Of a DNA stretch of 64,000 nt, positions 57,073 to 64,000 are shown one piece after another. This DNA comes from Amoebophrya sp. A120 (taxonomy: Eukaryota; Protista; Dinoflagellata). Position 1 is the first letter of the stretch. Each line of letters begins with the position of its first letter. The notes beneath the pieces were generated by a model. The model had not been told where the DNA came from, ran no database searches, and was given only the letters and a program-made list of their open reading frames with translations. Made by a program: the position numbers and the translations under genes. The stretch is taken from the NCBI GenBank assembly GCA_905178155.1, contig CAJINV010000002.1, forward strand, positions 3,362,515 to 3,426,514. The letters are read 5' to 3'.

Positions 57073-59706
57073 AGCTGCTCTTTTTCGCTTATACATTTTC
57101 ATACTTTTACATTTAGTCAGGTTCAAAAATAGTCTATTTAAGTTCGCTGTTAATAGGTACGTTACTGGAAGATCCTGTATAGCTAAAAGTACTATTTTTT
57201 CAAGTTTTTGTGGTAGTTTTCTCCGTTTTTATTCCAACAATAATTTATTTTTCTTTTTCCTTAGGGAAGTAGCAGAGCTTATTCTTAGAATGAAGAACTT
57301 AGTTAATTTTAACATTTTCCGAAAAACAATAGATATTTTACTGTCCCGCCACAGCGAAAACAAGTGGCTCGATTCCGTCTCCTTCCGCCGTATCCTTCTT
57401 TCTTTCTGTATGCAAGTATTGGATTATAAATTCCAGTATTTGATTTCAGAATAACTATCTCCGGTTGCATCCATTCCTCGAACCCCTGCTGTTTGTATTG
57501 CCCTTTCTTTTTTCTATGCTATGTAGTAAGTTTTCGTTCTCAGCAAGAATTTCATTTTCAACAAGCGTAAGACAGGCTCAAAAAGCACTGCAGCGTAAGA
57601 AAGGACCAAGAGGCGGACAACAGCAAAAAGCTCAAAAAAAGAAAAAACAAAAACAAAAACTTCCTTTTCGACTACGTACAGCAAGACTTTCACTTCAAGT
57701 TTTCTCTTCACAAAAACAGTTTTTCGCAGCGACCGACTAGTTTTAGCTTCTTTTCAACAACCTTTTTAGTACTTTTTCAGAAACAACAGCTCCGACGTTG
57801 AGGCAGCTTTTACTTTTACAACAAGCAAGTAACCTTTGGACTTTCAAAAAAAAAAACTTCAACCTTTCTCTTTACCTCTTTTACAGTTTTGCTTATGCAG
57901 CCTTAAGCTCTCGCTTCTAGCGACAGTTCCTTTTTCTAAGGCAGAGGCCAAAGCAGCTCTGCCAAGTTGTCCTTTTTCTTGAAATAGCGCTAACCATGTG
58001 AGAGGAAGCACAAATTTCCAAACGGTTCCACATGACCTTCATCAACAAACAAACAAACATGTTCCACTTGGGCTTTTGCATGCCAGCATAAAGGGGGTCC
58101 ACATTCAAAATGACTCTGTTGTCATTTTGAATTTGGACACTTGGAATGCTTGCATTGCATACGCTTCTTTAACTGGGTGAGGTCCTACAAAGTCTACAAT
58201 TTTATGTCATCATCCAATGGCTTTTTTGAATATAAACTTCTGATGGCTTCTGCTTTGTTTCTTTGTTTTGCTGTTCGTTGCTCGTTTGCTCATTCTGCCA
58301 TGCGGCATGCCTCGTATGATATCACCCGCAAATCTCGGTCCAAAATTCGGTTTTCAATCTGTATTGCTCGTAGTGCTCCTTGTTATCATTCCCGCATTTC
58401 GGTTCTTTCTTTCATGCCTAGCTTCCATGAGAGTGCTTTTCGTTCATATCTTTATCCCTTAGTCTCGATTGTCGTATTATTTGATATGCCTATCGTTTTC
58501 TGTCTCGGTTTTTTATTTCTACGCATTACACTTTTGGATCTACACATACACATCGATCTCGTCTGGCTTCGGTTTTTTGTTCATCTCGAGTTTCTCATGA
58601 TCAGCATCGTTCTCTACGTTATTAACGCTCTACTAGTTCTCTGTTTCGATCTATTTACATTATTTTTAGGCTCGCTCGTTACATGCATGGACGTTTGTGC
58701 CCGTTTTATCGTGTTTCGCATAGATCTTGTATTTCTTATAGTATCGTCAATCTGTCTCGACTTGGCTGTTTTCGTTTCTCGATTCGAAATTTGTATGTCG
58801 ATCTCGTTTTTTCGACTATCGTGCCCCGAGTGAGCTTTCCCTTGCTTTTTCCTACCTATTCCACATTACCTTTCTTTAAGCACGTTGTTTTCGTGGTTTT
58901 ATGGTCGGTGAACCGGTACCCCTGTCCGCCATAAATTTCTATGACACGTCAACAAGCGAGCACTCCCATTCACTTTCTTTTCACTCTGCTTCATAGGGCA
59001 GATAGATTGTGTTTTGGTGAGACGGCAGGGGCCGAAGTGCTTCCCTCTTTATCGGTCCCGAGTGAGTTTCGGTGCGTGTTTTTGTGTTGCGAGTGAACCT
59101 GAGCTGTCCAAATCTCTGTTTCTGTTCTCATGCAAAAAGGCCTTTGCATGCTTCAAAATCATCAATTTTACATTTAGTCAGGTTCAAAAGTACAAGTCTA
59201 CTGCTCCTCAAGTTTACATATTCCACAGACAGTCATGCCATTTTATTTGTTGTTTGTCCTTTTCCATATCCGTTCGTTGTAGCAGAGCTTGTTTCAGATT
59301 TTTGGTTTTAGTCAGCATTCAAGTCGTTCAACACCATCAGCCGCGCAGCAAAATAAATAAAGCCTCATTGTAAAAAGAGGTTTCGACTAGACCGAAATGA
59401 CCCATGGTACTTAGAGGTCAGCACGTAGGCTAAACGCGTCCGCGGAAGATGAAAAAAAAGGAAAGAGCTTGAACTTCTAGAAAACTACTTTTGCAAGGAA
59501 TCATATTTAGGGAGAGGGTGAAGTAGAGAGCCCATCCTGAACAAGACCTTTGCCAAGAGCCAATTAGAGATGGCGGAGAAGAAGGACATGTAAGTATTTA
59601 TTTAGGCATTTGTTTGTCAGAAACAGAAAGTTCTTGTAGACAACCAAGTATGATACCGAGTGGATCTACTTTTGCCGTGGCTGCCGCGGAGCAATTCCGA
59701 CCTCCA

Positions 59707-59783
59707 GCATGGGAAGTTCCAACGGGCATGGGAAGTTGCAACGGGCCGCATGGGAAGTTCCAACCGGCATGGGAAGTTCCAAC
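59707..59783. repeat. Intergenic minisatellite, four copies of GCATGGGAAGTT(C/G)CAAC
   Basis: Directly visible, 19-22 bp period. Confidence 0.9.
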
Positions 59784-60450
59784 CGCCGGCATTCTTGTCG
59801 GTTCTTCTTCATTCAACTTCTATCGTCGTCAACAAAGAAAATCCCGTAATATCGGTTGCAGACCACAGCTCTAACCCCAAATTGTTCGGTTGAACAGTTC
59901 TTCGTACAAAGAGGGCGGTCGTGTTTCTGCCCTAGTAAAAATTGTTGCAATAGATACGTCCTCACAGGAGCCCCTGTGGTCGTTCCTGTTGATTCTCGTC
60001 AGATCGAGCAAAAAGTTATAACCGTTTAGTTTTCGTACAAATTTCGGCGTAACTTTTTCGTGCAGATTGTATTTCAACTTCTTCTGCTAAGAACTGCCTA
60101 GCTGTGCGTGTCGTGGTGTTCGTTCTTTCGTGTATGATATAATGACTGAGCGAGTGCAGAAGCAAACCTCATGTATCTGAATTGAATACACAACCACACT
60201 TCTACTTCTCCGTCGTCGTAGTTCGTCGTCAATATCAATATGCATGTACATCATTCATAAAAAATGACTTTTCGTATATACACATCATCAACCAGGAGCA
60301 GTGGTAGATAACTGAATGACAAGCCACTACTAGTACCTGTTTTCAACTTCCATCCCTGCCTTCCCCCCAAAACAAGAGAAGCAAGCGTATGGCAGACTGT
60401 TCCGATTAGACGATAGAAGAACCAACCGGCTAGAAAATTGCTTTCCCTCG

Positions 60451-63400
60451 ATGTTCTTTTGTTGCTTTACCTCTGGAACTAAAACTTTGTCGAGCAGCAC
60501 AACTACGTTTCATTCTTTTCGGATTTCTGCTCAACAGAAAATGTCGCTCCGTCGCGTCGTGTCCGACAAGAGCGGTGTGCTTTTTCTGGCTATTTCCCTC
60601 CATCCCGTGGCGATCACGCCCTTCGTTTCCGCCCTTTCCTTCTCCACGGTGCGAAACAGGAACAGTGGGAAGATCACGAGCAGAAAGAAGCTGAAACGAG
60701 GAAAAATTGTGGCTCGTCAACAAAAACAGCTGCAGCAAGATCAAGAACGGCGGGAAGTGGAGCACGAAGTAGAACTTCTACCTGAGCAGGACAACATGAG
60801 CAAAGAGATGCTGATGGTGCATTACTACAATGACACGAACGACGGAGCAGCAGGATCTGCAGCAGCAGCTCCGGGCGGAATAGTACCAATGACCTCAGCG
60901 GCGCTCCTGCAGGTGACGGCGAAGGAGGCGTTGAAACCTCCCAACTGGAACGCGTGGCCCCACTGTCCGCGGTGCCAAGCGTACAACTTTGTGCGTCTTG
61001 TTCATCCGACCGACGGCACAGGTACTACTTGGTACGACAATCACATCGAGACTGCTGATGTACAGGTATGGCAGGACAGATCCTGGAACCCTAAAGCCGG
61101 TGGCGCGGGAGCCACCGCCGCGTGTCCTAACTACAGTAACAAGAATCCCAGCCCGTTCTCACACCACGCGTGCGCGCTGGAGCAGGCGGAGCAAGTAAAG
61201 GACCACTGCAATCAATCCGGCTGCTCGGGTTCCATATGCATTGCAAAAATGTCTGGGTCTGGAAGATTGCAACTTGTGATGCTGTCTCTGCATTCTAAAA
61301 AAAGTCTGTATTGCATGACCAGCAAGAGGGGTCCAGTTTGTGCTACATGGAGAGGGTATGTCTCATGCGGGATAGGCATCAGAAAGCCCGCTAAAAATCT
61401 GTGATGCCAGGTTATGCATTACAGACGTCATATGTCATTGTAAAATCTGCGTGACAAGTCTGACAGTTTACCGGGTACGCGGTTAAAAGTGCGCGAGTTT
61501 TTTTTTATGATTGTCTACTGCACTTCGTTGCTATTCACTGCACTTTGCCACCGCTGCACTTCCTTCGTAAGTACCTGCCGCCTCGTAAATGGAGCTAGAT
61601 CGCAAATTCGTGCGCTCCTCATTCTGAAAAACCCGATCTTCCCTGCCTTCCCCTCGTGCCCACGTAGATGTAGGTCTCTACCCTTTTACTTCCTCCGTGT
61701 CGTGTAGTTTTGTCTTGTTTCTTGACTCATTCTTGTAGCGCTAGATCGCGGAGCCCGCTTCCTCGCAGGGGCAGCTGTTTTTTTTCCGTCTTGCCAGCGG
61801 ACCTGTGGAGGGGTTGGGGTTGCAGCTGCGGCTGCTTGCGTGTAGATTTTTTGTGGGTCGAGTACGTTGTGGGCAAGGGCGTTTATTTTGGCATGTGGGC
61901 GTTCCTGATATTGCCGCTCGGGCTTATCCGTATCGCTAGACGTACCTCTAGCCTTTTATTGGTCTTAAAAAAGTAATCAGGCCCTCTTTGCGATCTCCGG
62001 TGGAGAAATATAGCACGCAATTCCTAAGTTAGTCCCTGGCCCGGTCTGCCAATCCGGGTAAGAGAAGCATCGTCGTGCTTCTCTACTAAATCGCTTACTG
62101 GTGCCTGCCCGCTCGGGGAATAATTATGTAGACGGTCACCGCTTGTGGTGGTCAGACAGAGGCGTTCGAGTCTAGTTAGTCCTTAGCTGCGCGCTACTCT
62201 TTCAGTTCGTGCGGGCTCGAGGTGCTGCGATCACCGGCAGGAGCTGAACAACAGCGAACATAAGGACGTTAGATTTTTGATTGCTCTACATTACAAGACC
62301 AGCACTTGTGTCGGCCCGCCGAAGTTGCGCGCGCGGGTTCAGCAGTCTTCTTTCTCGCGAAAAAGGTGAGTCTCCTGACCCTTTCGGCCGTCACCACTCC
62401 GCCGGTATTCGTGCTTGCGCGGTGCCTCACGATGACGATGACGGTTAAAAGTTTGCACCCTTAATTTACAAAGGGACGCCCTGCCCTTAGTTTCCCAACA
62501 TGACAAGTCTGGCACTCTTCCAGACCCAGACATTTTTACATTTGATATTCCATTCGGGGCGACGACCAAGTCACTGGGTGGGACGAAAACGCAGGTCCCG
62601 AGGGTTGGACGGCGCACACTGGCAATACATGGGACAAGATCAAGACGAAGGTCGGCACGAGGAATGTCCGTAAGGAGAAAGTTGTGGCTGTGCACTGCAG
62701 CACGAGACCCTGCCTTGTGCACGGCAAGGCCAACGGCCTTGAGGAGGGGGACAAGCAACTCTGCGTAGACAACGAGTGCTGCCTTTGGGGAGATATGTGC
62801 ACTAGCCATCTTTTTGGCGCGTGTATTAACCGCGAGCGATACTGTCGCGCTGGCCCATACTTATGAAACAGCTACAGCACCTAGTACATCTCTACCAGAA
62901 GAAAAGAATTTGCGTTGCTGGTGTTTTGTTGTCACTCAATGCGCTGCACTGGACACCTGCCACGGTGCTCAACTTCTTGCTCCAAACGAAATGAAAAATG
63001 TATAAAGCGCACGGCTGAGGTTATTAAAGGCAAAAGCTTCAGAACAACGCGTCAACATGCGGAACACAAATCAAGCACGACTGCTTTCGTTTTGTGACCC
63101 TGCCGCAACAGGAAAAAAAACTCTAGCTAAAACAGTAGGGATGTGCCTGATCTGCTTTTCTGCGGGATATAGTCTAGACAATGTCAACCAATGTGGCGGC
63201 TCACCGTGCGGACAGGGAAAGAATTATCCCAGTCACCGAGTGACAGTCGATAGCTTGGACCTCGATACATCCATCAAATATCCATAGAAAAGCGCTAGTG
63301 TTACAGCCACGCGCCGCGACCTGTTGCCGTTGTGACGCCAGGGAAAGAACAAACTTACTCTGCATGAAGATCACAGAGCAGAAAATCACTTGCAGCGTAG

Positions 63401-64000
63401 AGACCAAAGAAGGGAAATAAACACGCACGCAAAGAGGGTCGCGTAGTAAAAGTAATATTTTTTCCAGCATGATATAACAACGTTGTCCGTCTTGCTTTTC
63501 GTTGTCGTGCTGCATGTGTAGTTGTAACACTTTTAGGCTTGCATATCAACCGTGTGGATTTCACCACTACCACGACCGCGCCGCCCACAACAAAACCTCC
63601 GACTACGACATCAAAGGCTCCTGGTCCTGCCGGTACAACAACATCAAAAGCTCCTTCCAACGTCGGAGACGGTGTAACCGACGCTCCCGAGGCAACGAGT
63701 GGTCCGGGTGGAACTACCGTGACTACCGCTCCAGCAACCGTGACGACTATCTCTCCCCCGTCCGGTGCTACAACTACGAGTCCCACACCACTACGCATTG
63801 CAAAAGTATCGCACTGCTCGTATAAATGCATTTACAAATTTCCTCAGCATGAAAAATAAGATTTGTAATGTTGATTTGCTTTGGGAACAAGATTTGTAAT
63901 ATGCCAGACTTGCATTTACTTACGAGTGCGATACTTTTGTAGTGGATAACCGCCCGCCAGCTGCAAGAACGCGACGGCCGCGAACACGACGGGGCTGCCG
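60451..64000 (+). CDS. Gene G5 (3'-truncated, spliced): paralogue sharing the N-terminal Cys/Trp domain of G2, followed by a Thr/Pro stalk
   Basis: ORF 60451 joins across 61235-62547 to ..GCSGSIRGDDQVTGWDENAGPEGW..TWDKIKTK..HCSTRPCLVHG, homologous to G2 ..TTWDEIKTRL..TCKPRPCQLIYG. Mucin-like exon at 63551-63791. Confidence 0.75.
61235..62547. mobile_element. Introner, family A, enlarged by a nested ~1-kb insertion
   Basis: DR TTCCA/TTCCA; frame restored. Confidence 0.9.
61463..62500. mobile_element. Unclassified nested insertion with 11-bp target duplication
   Basis: TGACAAGTCTG at 61452-61462 and 62501-62511; right end ..CCCAACA; no poly(A). Confidence 0.78.
62862..63168. other. Probable old, degenerate introner-type intron; boundaries uncertain
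   Basis: Coding frame stops at 62866 right after a TAT; Cys-rich coding resumes after ..TTTTCTGCGGGATA; no clean DR. Confidence 0.5.
63279..63545. mobile_element. Introner, family F-like (diverged)
   Basis: DR TCAAA/TCAAC; GTGTTACA/TGTAACAC core. Confidence 0.8.
63792..63948. mobile_element. Introner, family G (left end TAC)
   Basis: DR ACCAC/ACCGC. Confidence 0.87.

Noticed and set aside
58141-58833. 230-aa hydrophobic ORF as a membrane protein
   Set aside because: Hydrophobicity follows from T-rich skew. It has a non-ATG start and no family motif, and the opposite-strand frame I read has stops.
140-63859. Hundreds of short ORFs with recurring peptides (IKCKNVWVWK, FVMQ, SNVTFSTV, YPVQKYRTR)
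   Set aside because: These are translations of introner TIRs and the decamer, or antisense shadows of GC-rich exons. They are not a protein family.
310-63948. Ciliate-type internal eliminated sequences with pointer repeats
   Set aside because: The geometry is similar, but genes end in TAA/TAG/TGA under the standard code, exons are GC-rich, and the TAT-N7-AAA/5-bp DR pattern fits Amoebophrya-type introners. This is not formally excluded without DNA versus RNA reads.

Overview
Eukaryotic genomic DNA, standard code. It is most likely a parasitic marine alveolate (Amoebophrya/Syndiniales-like), inferred from intron architecture. The window holds a head-to-tail + strand array of five paralogous genes for large Cys-rich single-pass membrane proteins: G1 <147-15632, G2 17542-37247, G3 ~39042-48637, G4 49777-57072 and G5 60451->64000. 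Their ectodomains are mosaic (6-Cys repeats, spondin-type TSP1, PAN/apple-like, F-type-lectin-like and unassigned Cys/Trp modules), and G1-G4 share a repeat-containing cytoplasmic tail. The genes are interrupted by about 80 (hand count) elements of 150-360 bp from at least 13 sequence families. Nearly all start TAT, end ATA, carry family-specific terminal inverted repeats and are flanked by a 5-bp direct repeat. Removing an element plus one repeat copy restored the reading frame at the junctions I translated. They are therefore transposon-derived non-canonical introns (introners), and they occur in either orientation. All families share an internal decamer GCAT(G/T/C)ACAAA. Five larger secondary insertions sit inside introners, four of them in that decamer. 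Most short ORFs in the track are artefacts. Coordinates were read by hand and may be off by a base or two.
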